Assembly: GCA_963704725.1 (NCBI GenBank)
Contig: OY969934.1
Coordinates: forward strand, 3,008,001 to 3,072,000
Direction: 5' to 3'
DNA: 64,000 nucleotides
Source of the DNA: an uncultured Actinomycetes bacterium
GTDB taxonomy: Bacteria; Actinomycetota; UBA4738; HRBIN12
Below, piece by piece: positions 54,110 through 63,570 of this stretch; the first letter of the stretch is position 1, and every line of letters begins with the position of its first letter. The notes under the pieces were generated by a model. The model was not told the DNA's origin and did no database searches. It worked only from the letters and a program-made list of their open reading frames with translations. The translations under genes and the position numbers were made by a program.

Positions 54110-54146
54110 CGAACGGGGCGGGGTCGCGACGACCCCGCCCCGTTCG
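54110..54146. terminator. Bidirectional terminator-like hairpin
   Basis: 17-bp perfect arms cgaacggggcggggtcg / cgaccccgccccgttcg between convergent genes. Confidence 0.8.
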
Positions 54147-54159
54147 CGTTACCCCTGCC

Positions 54160-54777
54160 TCACTCGTTGAACGGCGCGACCAGGGGGTTGGTCCCCGCGT
54201 AGAGGCCGTCGGGGTTCGGGTACCACAGCCACACGTGCAGGGTCACCAGGTCCGGGTGCCAGAAGCGGAACGGAGCTCCGGTCTCGGGGCTGGCGGTCGG
54301 GCACGCGGCCTCCACGGCCTGGAACACGAACGTGCCGTCGCGGTAGTGACACGCGGCGCCGAACGAGCCGTAGGTCGCGCCCTCCAGCGGCGGCGTCACC
54401 GGCGTCTCGGTGAACACCCACTCCAGCGCGCCGAGCTGCCAGGCCGACCCGCGTCGAAGGTAGACCAGGGCCGCCGGGCGGCGGACGTCGAAGTCCGTCA
54501 CGGCGGGGTTCAGGTAGTGGTAGCCCATGTCCGGGATCATCCGCGTGATGATCACGTACCCGGCCTTCCTCGCGGCCCGCAGGTTGAGCGCGTACGGGGC
54601 CGTTGCCTCCCTCGCGCTCGCGAGCTGGGCCGCGAGCTCGGGCGTGACCTCCACACCGGAGCTCGGCGCGAGCACCCGACCGCGGGCCTCGTCGCCGGCT
54701 CCGACGGCGACCGACGTGCCGCCGATCGCGCCCACGAGCAGCGCGGCCGACAGGGCGATGACGAAGATCCTTCTCAT
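54160..54777 (-). CDS. Hypothetical secreted protein
   Basis: Signal peptide; MGYHY, LHVWLW.PNP.G motifs; GGAGAGGAG RBS. Confidence 0.8.
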   Translation of the reverse strand: MRRIFVIALSAALLVGAIGGTSVAVGAGDEARGRVLAPSSGVEVTPELAAQLASAREATAPYALNLRAARKAGYVIITRMIPDMGYHYLNPAVTDFDVRRPAALVYLRRGSAWQLGALEWVFTETPVTPPLEGATYGSFGAACHYRDGTFVFQAVEAACPTASPETGAPFRFWHPDLVTLHVWLWYPNPDGLYAGTNPLVAPFNE

Positions 54778-55010
54778 GTCGCTCCTCTCCCGTAAGGGTT
54801 GAGGCCTTCGCGGCCTCCCTGCGCGCGCTCGAGCAGGCTAGTTCGCCGACCGCCTCCCGACGGGGTGACGCCCCATACGGACGGAACGTGTCGTCCGTCA
54901 CTCCCGGCGCTCTCTTCGTCCCCGCTGCCGAGGCTCGAGGTCGTGGCCGTCGCGCCGACGCGCGGCGGCCGAGGCGGAACCGGTCTCCCGGCCGCTGCTA
55001 GCCTGCGCGG

Positions 55011-55163
55011 GTGCGCCGGGTCACGTTGATCACGCTCGTGTGCCTGTTCCTGCTGCTCACGGGGACGGCGATCTACCAGCTCGTGCTGGCGAACCGGGGC
55101 ACCGAGCGGTTCCCGGGGCCGGCCCCCGGCACCCCGCTTCCGACGACGTCGGCCACCGGCTGA
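55011..55163 (+). CDS. 50-aa single-TM small protein (absent from ORF track)
   Basis: VRRVTLITLVCLFLLLTGTAIYQLVLANRG..; TGcTAGCCT extended -10 six nt upstream. Confidence 0.6.
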   Translation: MRRVTLITLVCLFLLLTGTAIYQLVLANRGTERFPGPAPGTPLPTTSATG

Positions 55164-55170
55164 GGCGCGC

Positions 55171-55923
55171 TCAAGGACCGCCCGTCTGCTCGAGGTAGTT
55201 CTCGATCAGCCGGGCGACGTCCTCGCCCCGCGCCCCGGTGAGCAGGTCCGTCCCGTGGTCGTCCGAGGGAACGATCTGGAGCCCGCCCTTGGGAGGCGGG
55301 GACTGCTGGTACAGGGTCTCGGCGTCGCGGGCGGCCGAGGCGTCCCCGACGCCGGCGATGAAGAGCTTGCCCGCGGTGATCTGGGTCAGCACGGACGCGT
55401 CGGCCACCAATCCCTCGATCGAGACGGGCGCGGAGAGCGTGACGACGGCTCGCACGTCCGAGCCCAGGCGGCTCGCGGCCACCAGGGACGCCGTGCCGCC
55501 CATGCTCGCGCCGACGAGCGAGACCGAGGTCGCGCCCTGCGCGTGCACGAAGTCGATCGCGCCGAGGACGTCCTGCCAGATGGTGGAGATGTCGGTCTCG
55601 CCGCCCGAGCATCCGCCCTGCCCCCCGGGGCAGTAGCCGCGGAAGTCGTAGGTCAGGACGAGGTACCCGTCGTCGGCGAGACGCCCGGCGAAGGCGAACC
55701 ACGACGTCTGATCGGCCGGGCGCATGTGCGACAGCACCACCGCCGACGTCCCGTCACCGAACAGCCGGCCCTCGAGGTGGACGCCGTCCGCCGAGGGGAA
55801 CGAGACCGCCCGGGAGCCGGAGAGGTCGGGCGGCGAGCTCTCCCCGGAGCACGCGGCGAGCAGGGTCGCCGCGATCGCCCCGAGGACAAGGGCGCCGATC
55901 CGCCGGCGTGGGGTCGCGTGCAT
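55171..55923 (-). CDS. Alpha/beta hydrolase lipoprotein
   Basis: LAAC lipobox, DFRGY, GASMGG, DHG. Confidence 0.88.
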   Translation of the reverse strand: MHATPRRRIGALVLGAIAATLLAACSGESSPPDLSGSRAVSFPSADGVHLEGRLFGDGTSAVVLSHMRPADQTSWFAFAGRLADDGYLVLTYDFRGYCPGGQGGCSGGETDISTIWQDVLGAIDFVHAQGATSVSLVGASMGGTASLVAASRLGSDVRAVVTLSAPVSIEGLVADASVLTQITAGKLFIAGVGDASAARDAETLYQQSPPPKGGLQIVPSDDHGTDLLTGARGEDVARLIENYLEQTGGP

Positions 55924-55943
55924 CGCCCCCCCGGGCCGGGTCC

Positions 55944-56045
55944 CTACCGGCCCTGTTGGCGCCGCTGCCAGCGGGTTCGCTTCAGAAGCTTCTTGTGCTT
56001 CTTCTTCCGCATCTTCTTGCGGCGCTTCTTGATGAGCGACGGCAC
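55944..56045 (-). CDS. AURKAIP1/COX24-domain small basic protein (ribosomal protein bS22)
   Basis: MPSLIKKRRKKMRKKKHKKLLKRTRWQRRQQGR; GAGAGGA RBS. Confidence 0.9.
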   Translation of the reverse strand: MPSLIKKRRKKMRKKKHKKLLKRTRWQRRQQGR

Positions 56046-56069
56046 GCGCTTCCTCTCTCGGTGTCCGGT

Positions 56070-56960
56070 TTACTCCGACCCGAACAGGTTCCGGAGGTCG
56101 ACGCGCTTGGCGCGGAAGCTCTCCTCGAGCCGGACGGACCCCAGTCTAAGCGCCTTGGGCCCGGCTGCCACGGGCGAGATCAGCCGCAGGACGCCGTCCT
56201 CCGGAGTGTGCTCGAGGAACCCCAGGCCCGTGTAGGCGCCGGCCCCGTCGGAGAGCCCCACCAGGAGCCGGTGCAGGTGGGCCAGGTCGAACATCGGGGG
56301 CAGGGCCGGCATGAACACGGTGGGCTTGACCCGGAAGCGGTGGAGCTCGGTGGCGAAGTATCGGGCCATGGACCGCTCCCGGTTCTCGGCGCGCTCGTCG
56401 ACCGTGGTCGGAACGACGCCCGGATGGACCGCCAGCGGCACGACCTCGGTATCGAAGAAGCGCTGGATCACGCCGAGGAGCGGGAGCAGCTCCTCTCCCC
56501 GCTGCAGTCCGACGACCAGGTCCGGCCGGAGCAGCTCCACCTTGTGGTACTTGAGGATCTGCCCCTGGATCCCGGACACGAGACCCGAGGTGTCGACGAT
56601 GACCAGGTCGGCGCCCTCCTCGAGGGCCGTGCGGTGCAACGTCGCGATGCCGGCCAGGATCGGCAGGAGATGACCCTCCGGCGAGGTCGAGCCGACGAAG
56701 GAGAGCCGGTCGGCGACGGCGAACCGATCGGGCTCCAGGTCGGCGGGGGAGGCCACGCGCTTCAGGGCGATGGTCGCCGGCGGCCCCACGGACTTCTCGC
56801 CGACGTCCGCGTCCAGGTAGGCCGGGGATCGGCCCGCCGCGAGCGCGGCGGTGAGCAGCGACCGCGAGAGCGTGCTCTTGCCCGTGTCGAGCCCGCCGAC
56901 CAGCAGGACCGTGTGCTTGGTCCTCACCGCATCGTCGACGAGCGCCTCGTACTCGTTCAC
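56070..56960 (-). CDS. Clp1/Grc3-like polynucleotide 5'-hydroxyl kinase
   Basis: GGLDTGKST P-loop, DADVGEKSVGPP, VDTSG, RAENRE. Confidence 0.85.
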   Translation of the reverse strand: MNEYEALVDDAVRTKHTVLLVGGLDTGKSTLSRSLLTAALAAGRSPAYLDADVGEKSVGPPATIALKRVASPADLEPDRFAVADRLSFVGSTSPEGHLLPILAGIATLHRTALEEGADLVIVDTSGLVSGIQGQILKYHKVELLRPDLVVGLQRGEELLPLLGVIQRFFDTEVVPLAVHPGVVPTTVDERAENRERSMARYFATELHRFRVKPTVFMPALPPMFDLAHLHRLLVGLSDGAGAYTGLGFLEHTPEDGVLRLISPVAAGPKALRLGSVRLEESFRAKRVDLRNLFGSE

Positions 56961-57153
56961 GTCCGCCTCCGGGTCTCCCCGAAGGGCGGTTCGAGCGCGT
57001 GGGTGCAGCTATGTGGCCGTCGGGTCCCTCCGCCGGCGCGTCCGTACGGTCGTCTCAGGATGGGTGGATGCGGGCAACGGTGAGCCGTTCACGCGATCGA
57101 GCCGAGCCTTCGGGTCGGATGTGTGCATTCGGCACCCATCCTAGTCGAGGCCG

Positions 57154-58005
57154 CTACGAACGCGCTCCGCGCTCGACCTCGGGGAGGCGGCCGGCGATCG
57201 CCTGGAAACACGGCCAGTAGTCCTCCGGCCGGACGTTGTCGTCCATCACGATCACGGTCTCGGTCCGGCCCTGGGCCTTGGCCACGATCAGGGCGGGGTC
57301 GTTGACGTCGGCGATCGAGACGGTGTCGACTCCGCGCTCGATCGCCGCGCCGGCGAAGCCGTGGTCGGCGAAGACGAGGTCGGGCACCTCGTCATCGAGC
57401 ATCCGGTTCATGGGGTCGCCGCTGTGCGTGTGCCGCGCGCTGGCCTCGTCCGTGAGCAGGGCCAGCCCCTCGAGGTAGCGGATCTGCCACGGGTGATCGC
57501 GTTCCGGGTCCTGCCACCGGAGCGTGTCCGCCGGCCGCAGGATCTCGACGCCGCGCGCCACCAGCTCCCGTCCCACCGCCGTGTACAGGTGGGCCAGGCC
57601 GACGGGATGGCCGGTGGCCAGGATCACGCGCTCGCCCCGCTCGCACGCGAGCGCCAGCCGGTCGCCCACCGCTTCGCATGCCTCCAGCACCAGCTCCGGA
57701 TCGATCGGCACGGGTCCCGTCCGCACGCTCGGGTCGGGCACGAATCCGGCCGCCCGGCCCACGAGCTCGAGGACCTCCCCCGCCGAGAACGCCTGCATGC
57801 CCGTCATGCCGAATTGCTTGTCGGGATCGAGCTCCACGAGCTTGCGGATGTTGCCGAGCACATTGTCGAAGGGGTGGGTGACCTCCTCGCACGCGATCCG
57901 CCCCTCGATGATCCCGAGCACCAGCTCGGCCCGGTCGACCGGACGGGGGGTCCAGCGATCGTCGATCGCCGGGAGGCGGGCGGCGTGCGAGCCGATGACG
58001 TCCAT
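57154..58005 (-). CDS. Actinobacterial 'Phosphatase' family protein (PF15698-like)
   Basis: ATGHP, HTHS, ADHGFAGAA, DVNDP, MDDNV. Confidence 0.78.
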   Translation of the reverse strand: MDVIGSHAARLPAIDDRWTPRPVDRAELVLGIIEGRIACEEVTHPFDNVLGNIRKLVELDPDKQFGMTGMQAFSAGEVLELVGRAAGFVPDPSVRTGPVPIDPELVLEACEAVGDRLALACERGERVILATGHPVGLAHLYTAVGRELVARGVEILRPADTLRWQDPERDHPWQIRYLEGLALLTDEASARHTHSGDPMNRMLDDEVPDLVFADHGFAGAAIERGVDTVSIADVNDPALIVAKAQGRTETVIVMDDNVRPEDYWPCFQAIAGRLPEVERGARS

Positions 58006-58046
58006 GCTCTCCACTGTACGGGAGCCGCACCGGTACGCTGCCCCGC

Positions 58047-58710
58047 GTGGACCTGCGAGGCGCCGTCGTCGTCGTGACCGGCGCCTCCTCCGGCATCGGC
58101 GAGGCGACCGCACTCCGATTCGCCCGGTGCGGCTCGGCGGTCGTGCTCGCGGCGCGACGGGTGGAGCGGCTCGAGGCGCTCGCCGAGCGTATCGGTTCGA
58201 ACGGAGCTCGCGCGCTGGCCGTGCGCTGCGACGTGGAGGAGCCGGCCGAGGTCAGGGCCCTCGTCGCGCGGACCCACGAGGCGTTCGGCCGCTGCGACGT
58301 GCTCGTGAACAACGCCGGGATCCCCGGTGGTGGGCCCTTCCGCGGGCTCGACGCCGAGCACATCGAGCGGATCGTCCGCGTGAACCTCCTCGGCGTCCTG
58401 CTCGTGACGAAGGCGTTCCTCCCGTCGATGCTCGAGCGAGGCCGGGGTCACGTCGTCAACGTGGCGTCGCTGGCCGGGCGCTTCGCTACGCCCGGATCGT
58501 CCGTCTACGGCGCGACCAAGCACGGGGTGGTGGCGTTCAGCGAGTCGCTGTACCACGAGCTCCGGCCGTTCGGGGTCCTGGTCACCGTGGTCAACCCGTG
58601 GTTCGTCTCGACCGAGGGGTTCCCCCAGTCCGACATCCCCCGCCGGCTCCTCATGCCGGCCGACCGGGTAGCTCGCACCATCGCCGACGTGGTCCGTCGC
58701 GGGCGAGTTC
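58047..58710 (+). pseudogene. SDR oxidoreductase, C-terminus apparently replaced by island sequence
   Basis: TGASSGIG, NNAG, YGATK; SDR-like sequence ends at ADVVRRGR (~58706), then frame runs antisense through the PIN gene to 59312. Confidence 0.7.
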
Positions 58711-58895
58711 ATCCTCCCAGTTCCCGTCCGCCTCTCGATCTGTCACCGCCGCGATTCGAGGCGATCCCTGTCCCACGCGGTCATCGAAGTCGCGGACGCT
58801 ACCCGGCGACAGTGACACAGCCCCATGGGCGCGCGCGTGGACGGCATCCGAAAGCCACGCGCTCCGAGGCCAGCGCCCTCTGGCCTATCGCCGAC

Positions 58896-59345
58896 CTATG
58901 GGAACAGGCGCCTCACGCGACCCAGGCGATTGACGCCGTAGATGTACCCGCCACTGGGATCTTCGGAAACGATCTGGAGGATCCTCGGGAGCGCTCGCAC
59001 GAAGGCCTGCCCCATCTGCTCACCCGTCATTCCCTTCGAAGGATGCAGGCAGAAGCAAGGCACTCCGGCTTCGATGACGGCTCGCTGTTCGCCTGGTCGA
59101 TACCGGATGCGATCGTCCTTCATCAAGACGACCCAACGCCGTCGACCGGCCTCGCGAAGCCAAACCTGGTCGTCCGTGTCCTGCGGGAAGACGTCGTCGT
59201 GAGCGATCACGGCAGCGTGGACAGCGCGGAGCCGCTCCGGCACTTTGCGCCGCCCCAGGCTGCGGTCGCAGAAGAGCTCAGGCTGCGAGGCGCTCGGGCT
59301 CGAGGAGCCTGACCTCGAGCCGGACGGCCGCCTGGATCTGGTCAA
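58896..59345 (-). CDS. PIN-like toxin, VapC45 (Rv2019)-type
   Basis: FCDRSLG, DDQVWL..AG, VLMKDDRIRY; start uncertain. Confidence 0.78.
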   Translation of the reverse strand: MTRSRRPSGSRSGSSSPSASQPELFCDRSLGRRKVPERLRAVHAAVIAHDDVFPQDTDDQVWLREAGRRRWVVLMKDDRIRYRPGEQRAVIEAGVPCFCLHPSKGMTGEQMGQAFVRALPRILQIVSEDPSGGYIYGVNRLGRVRRLFP

Positions 59346-59985
59346 GGCTCAGTCCGTAGTCGCCGGCGAGGTCCTCGAGGGATTCACCGGCCGAGAACCG
59401 CGAGAAGACGTCCTCCGTCCGGATCCCGGTTCCCGCAACGACGGGAGCTCCGAACGCCCGCCGAGGATCGACGACCACGATCCCCTCCCCGGGAGCCGCC
59501 CCGGGCCACCAGCGGGTGGCGAAGCGGTCCCGCCCCCACTCCATCTCGCGGAGGTAGCGCATGACGGCTTCAGGAAACGCCTTCTGCCCGCCCCGGCTGA
59601 GGTTCACGAGATGCACCTCACCAGCCGACTTCTGCTGGTACTCCCAGAAGAGCTCCTTGCCGTCGGTGAGGATCCGCTCGCTGGCCAGAAGGTGGTCTGC
59701 ATTCGTGTGGCGAGCGGCGTACTCGAGGGCCTTCCGGACCCGCTGCATCGGCACGCCGATCTGACGAAAGCCCGCGAGGGTCAGCGCCTCCATGAGGTTG
59801 ATGAACGAGAGCACGCGGGAGGACTCGCTCGTCGGTGCGATCACGGGCTTCGCCCTCGCGACGCCGCCGCTGACGGGGTACCGGTAGCCCTTGACCCAGT
59901 TCTCGAGGGTTCTCCGCGGGACCCGCGCAAGCCGAGCCGCCTCCGGCAGCGCGTAGAGCTCGAGATCGAAGCGAGGATCGGTCAT
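59278..59985 (-). CDS. HTH + DUF433 antitoxin, VapB45 (Rv2018)-type
   Basis: LYALPEAARL..TLENW, SFINLMEA, DPRRAFGAPVV.GTGIR, GESLEDLAGDYGL. Confidence 0.85.
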   Translation of the reverse strand: MTDPRFDLELYALPEAARLARVPRRTLENWVKGYRYPVSGGVARAKPVIAPTSESSRVLSFINLMEALTLAGFRQIGVPMQRVRKALEYAARHTNADHLLASERILTDGKELFWEYQQKSAGEVHLVNLSRGGQKAFPEAVMRYLREMEWGRDRFATRWWPGAAPGEGIVVVDPRRAFGAPVVAGTGIRTEDVFSRFSAGESLEDLAGDYGLSLDQIQAAVRLEVRLLEPERLAA

Positions 59986-60173
59986 CTCGGCGCGGATCCT
60001 TCCATGAGCCACCGACACGGCCGTCCGAAGCATACGGGCTGGCGTCGTAGCCACACGTAGGTGGCGAGCCATCAGGCCGATCGAGCCTCGCGGCCCACAA
60101 CCCGCGAGCCAGGCGATATCCATTTCGGTATCGGCCTCGGCGCCGAAGCCCGAACGCGGGTGATACTCCCCCC

Positions 60174-61112
60174 GTGGTCCGCCCCGCCGACGACGACGAT
60201 CGCCTCCGAGCCTCGGCCTTCGCGTTCCTCGCGGGGCTCGCCACCAAAGCCGGCGTCGTCTCCTGGCACGACCTCCAGCGGTTCGAGCACGAGGGCCGCC
60301 GGATCCCGCTCGTCGGCCAGACCGGCATCCGCAAGGTGCGCGGGTACGAGGCCGCCCTGACGATCCTCACGACCTACCGCCTCCGCCCGCAGGACCGCCC
60401 GTACGAGGACGACATCGGGGCGGACGGCTACCCGAGATACAAGTGGCGCGGCACCGACGCCGGTCACGCCGACAACCTCGCGCTCCGCCGGGCGATGGAG
60501 CTCGGCAAGCCGCTCGCGTGGCTCGAGGGCGTCGAGCCCGGCGTCTACCTCGTCCACGTCCCCGTCTGGCTCGTCGACGAGGAGCCCGAGCGGCACCAGT
60601 TCGTCCTGGCGCTCGACGAGACCATGCGCGAGCAGTGGCGGCCGGAGGCGCTCCTGACCGCCCCGGACCTCGCCCTGCGGCGCGAGTACGCCCAGGCGGT
60701 GGTCCGCCGGCGGCTGCACCAGCCGATGTTCCGCCGGCGCGTGCTCGCGGCCTACCGGACCCAGTGCGCGCTCTGCCGGCTCCGCCACGGCGAGCTCCTG
60801 GACGCTGCGCACATCAAGGAGGACTCAGACGGCGGCGAGCCGGTCGTCCCGAACGGGATCGCGATGTGCGCGATCCACCACCGCGCGTTCGACTCGTTCG
60901 TGCTCGGCGTGCGCCCCGACTACGTGATCGAGGTCCGCCGCGACGTGCTCGACGAGGCGGACGGCCCGACGCTCCGCCACGCGCTCCAGGGCGTCCACGG
61001 CTCGAGCCTGCTCGTGCCATCGAGGCGCTTGGCGAGGCCGGATCCCGGAGTTGCTCGAGGCGCGCTACGAGCGGTTCCGGGCGGCCGGCTGACGAGCCAC
61101 GGGGGACGGTAA
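60174..61112 (+). CDS. HNH endonuclease, putative restriction enzyme (COG3440-like); probable +1 frameshift near 61044 (natural stop 61092)
   Basis: RLHQPMFRRRVLAAY, CALC, DAAHI, NGIAMCAIHHRAFD. Confidence 0.85.
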   Translation: MVRPADDDDRLRASAFAFLAGLATKAGVVSWHDLQRFEHEGRRIPLVGQTGIRKVRGYEAALTILTTYRLRPQDRPYEDDIGADGYPRYKWRGTDAGHADNLALRRAMELGKPLAWLEGVEPGVYLVHVPVWLVDEEPERHQFVLALDETMREQWRPEALLTAPDLALRREYAQAVVRRRLHQPMFRRRVLAAYRTQCALCRLRHGELLDAAHIKEDSDGGEPVVPNGIAMCAIHHRAFDSFVLGVRPDYVIEVRRDVLDEADGPTLRHALQGVHGSSLLVPSRRLARPDPGVARGALRAVPGGRLTSHGGR

Positions 61113-61154
61113 GAACACTAAAGTCTTTAATGTACATGCTATGCTCTGGCCACC

Positions 61155-62597
61155 ATGAGCAGGATCTCGACCGTCGAGCAGCTCCGGCTCTTCCCCGAAG
61201 AACGCCTCCTCGAGGTGCTCCGGACGCGGCCGGAGGACCAGTGGTTCGATCGGACGAGCGCCCGTACGACCGCCCGCCATCTGGCCGACCTGATGGCCGG
61301 CTTCGCCAACGCGGAAGGAGGCCTGATCGTGATCGGGATCCACGGCGGGCAGGTCGAAGGTATCGCCGGAGCAGGTCGGCTCGCGAACGACTGGCGCCAG
61401 GCCGCCATCGACCTCACAGAACCGCCTGTCCGGCACCGATTCGAGTCGGTGCCTTGCACGAACGCCTCCGGTCAGGCGGACGAGGTCCTCGTCTGCGAGA
61501 TCGAGTCGAGCGAGACGGTTCACACGAACAGCCGCGGCGAGACCTTCCTCCGGGTGGGCGACGAGAACCGGCGTCTCGGCGTCGTTGCGGCTCAGGAGCT
61601 CCGCTTCGACAAGGGCCAGTCGATCTTCGACGGGACCGCCGCAGATGGTGCGACCCCCAAGGACCTCGATCCCGACCTGGTGGACCGGTACCTCCGGCGC
61701 ATCCACGCCGCCGATCGCGACCGCGCGCTCGCCGCTCGCGGCCTCCTCGTACCCCGGCGGGGCCGACTCGCCCCCTCGGTGGCCGGCCTGCTGGTGCTCG
61801 GCCGCGAACCGCAGAGGACGCTAACCCAGGCGTCGGTGCGACTGCTGCGGTTCGCGGGAGCCTCCCGGGAGACCGGAGCCCGGTCGAACGTCCTGCGCGA
61901 CCGTCGTCTGGAGGGCCCACTCCCACGACAGGTCGATGCCGCCAGGCGACTGCTGCGACGATGGCTCCCTTCGGCCATCCGCCTCGGGCCGGCGGGGCGC
62001 TTCGCTCCGTCGCCGCTGATCCCGCAGTTCGCATGGCTCGAGGCGATCGTGAACGCCGTCGTTCACCGCTCCTACAGCCTGGGAGGCGACCACGTCCGCG
62101 TGGAGCTGTTCGAGGACCGCCTCACGGTCGAGAGCCCGGGACGACTGCCCGGCCTCGTTCGCCTGGAGAACATCCGATCCACGAGGTTCGCCCGCAATCC
62201 CCGGATCGCCAGAGCGATGAACGACCTCGGCTACGGACGCGAGCTCGGCGAGGGCGTCGACCGCATGTTCCAGGAGATGGAGCTTGCCGGCCTGCCCGAT
62301 CCCGTCTTCACACAGGGACCGGCGTCGGTGCTCGTAACCCTTCTCGCGGATCCCCTGGCCGGGCGGGTGCTGCGGAGCCTTCCCGTCGGCTCCGAACGCT
62401 TCGTCGAGTTCCTGATGCGAACCGGTCGCGTCACAACGTCGCAGGCGGTGGATCTGTTCGGGGTTTCGCGGCCCACGGCCCTCGGGTACCTTCACCAGCT
62501 CGAAGGACTCCACCTCCTCGAGCACGTCGGATCCTCGGCCAAGGACCCCAGAGGGTTCTGGCGTCTTCGACGGGCGGAGCAAGAAAGCGACTCGTGA
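61155..62597 (+). CDS. AlbA_2/Schlafen domain + HATPase_c_4 + HTH protein (COG2865-like)
   Basis: EDQWFD, GFANAEGGLIVIG, EAIVNAVVHRSY, ESPG, RNP.IA, GEGV. Confidence 0.85.
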   Translation: MSRISTVEQLRLFPEERLLEVLRTRPEDQWFDRTSARTTARHLADLMAGFANAEGGLIVIGIHGGQVEGIAGAGRLANDWRQAAIDLTEPPVRHRFESVPCTNASGQADEVLVCEIESSETVHTNSRGETFLRVGDENRRLGVVAAQELRFDKGQSIFDGTAADGATPKDLDPDLVDRYLRRIHAADRDRALAARGLLVPRRGRLAPSVAGLLVLGREPQRTLTQASVRLLRFAGASRETGARSNVLRDRRLEGPLPRQVDAARRLLRRWLPSAIRLGPAGRFAPSPLIPQFAWLEAIVNAVVHRSYSLGGDHVRVELFEDRLTVESPGRLPGLVRLENIRSTRFARNPRIARAMNDLGYGRELGEGVDRMFQEMELAGLPDPVFTQGPASVLVTLLADPLAGRVLRSLPVGSERFVEFLMRTGRVTTSQAVDLFGVSRPTALGYLHQLEGLHLLEHVGSSAKDPRGFWRLRRAEQESDS

Positions 62598-62816
62598 TCT
62601 CCGGCTCGTCAGGTGCTCGAAGGCTCCGGGCATGGTGCCCGACGTCAGACCCTCGCCACTGACAACGAGCCGTCGAGCGGCGGGCAACCTCTCGGGAGCC
62701 GTCGATACCCATTTCGATATCGGCCGCCGCGGCCAGATCGCGGGGTAGCGGCGGTTGACGCGTCCCAGGGTCATCGCTACCATGCCGTAGGAATCTGTCT
62801 TACAGAGGCCCGACCC

Positions 62817-63065
62817 ATGAAGCCAGCGCGAACCGTCACGATCTCGCTCCCCCCCGAGCTCGCTCGCCGAGCCGAGCGGACGGCGCGCACCGAGGGGCGG
62901 ACCAGGAGCGAGCTGTTCCGCGAGGCCCTGCGTCAGTACCTGGATCGTCGCGACCGCTGGGACCGGATCTTCGCCGCGGGCGAGCAGGCCGCCGCCCGCA
63001 TCGGCGTCCGTGAGGAGGACGTGGCGACGGCCGTCCAGGAGCGCAGGCGCAGCCGAGCCGGGTAG
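62817..63065 (+). CDS. Ribbon-helix-helix (CopG) antitoxin
   Basis: TVTISLPPEL..RTRSELFREALRQY. Confidence 0.85.
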   Translation: MKPARTVTISLPPELARRAERTARTEGRTRSELFREALRQYLDRRDRWDRIFAAGEQAAARIGVREEDVATAVQERRRSRAG

Positions 63066-63475
63066 TGCGGGTCCTGCTGGATACGAACGTCCTGATCTCG
63101 GGCATCCTCTTCCGAGGTGTGCCGAGAACGTTGCTCGAGCGCGCGATCCGGGGGGAGTTCGACCTCGTCACGAGCCCCGCGCTCCTGGACGAGCTCGAGG
63201 ACGTCCTCGTCCGAAGCTTCGAGCTCCCACCGGAGTTCGCGCGCGCCGTGCGGACGGAGCTGGAAACCCTGGCCGAGGTCGTCGTGCCGGCCGACGCGCC
63301 GGCCATCTCTCGCGACCCCGACGAAGACCAGGTCCTGGCGACCGCGGTCGTTGGGCAAGCCGATGCGGTCGTGACGGACGACCAGGATCTGCTCGTGCTC
63401 GAGACCCACCAGGCGATCCCGATCATCCGACCCGCCGACCTGGCCGCGCGTCTGAAGCACGCGGAAGACGGCTGA
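63065..63475 (+). CDS. PIN-family toxin (TIGR00305/COG1569 type)
   Basis: RVLLDTNVLISG, RDPDED, VTDDQDLL; TAGTG coupling. Confidence 0.9.
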   Translation: MRVLLDTNVLISGILFRGVPRTLLERAIRGEFDLVTSPALLDELEDVLVRSFELPPEFARAVRTELETLAEVVVPADAPAISRDPDEDQVLATAVVGQADAVVTDDQDLLVLETHQAIPIIRPADLAARLKHAEDG

Positions 63476-63570
63476 GAGATGGCCGAGCGATCGACGTCGG
63501 TGGGACATGGCGCGACCCTTCGACGCCGCAGTGACAGACGAAGGAACGCAGGCAGACGACCCCCGACCCA

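Noticed and set aside
58047-59312. 421-aa SDR with a novel C-terminal domain
   Set aside because: The extension is non-coding junction plus the antisense of the PIN toxin gene
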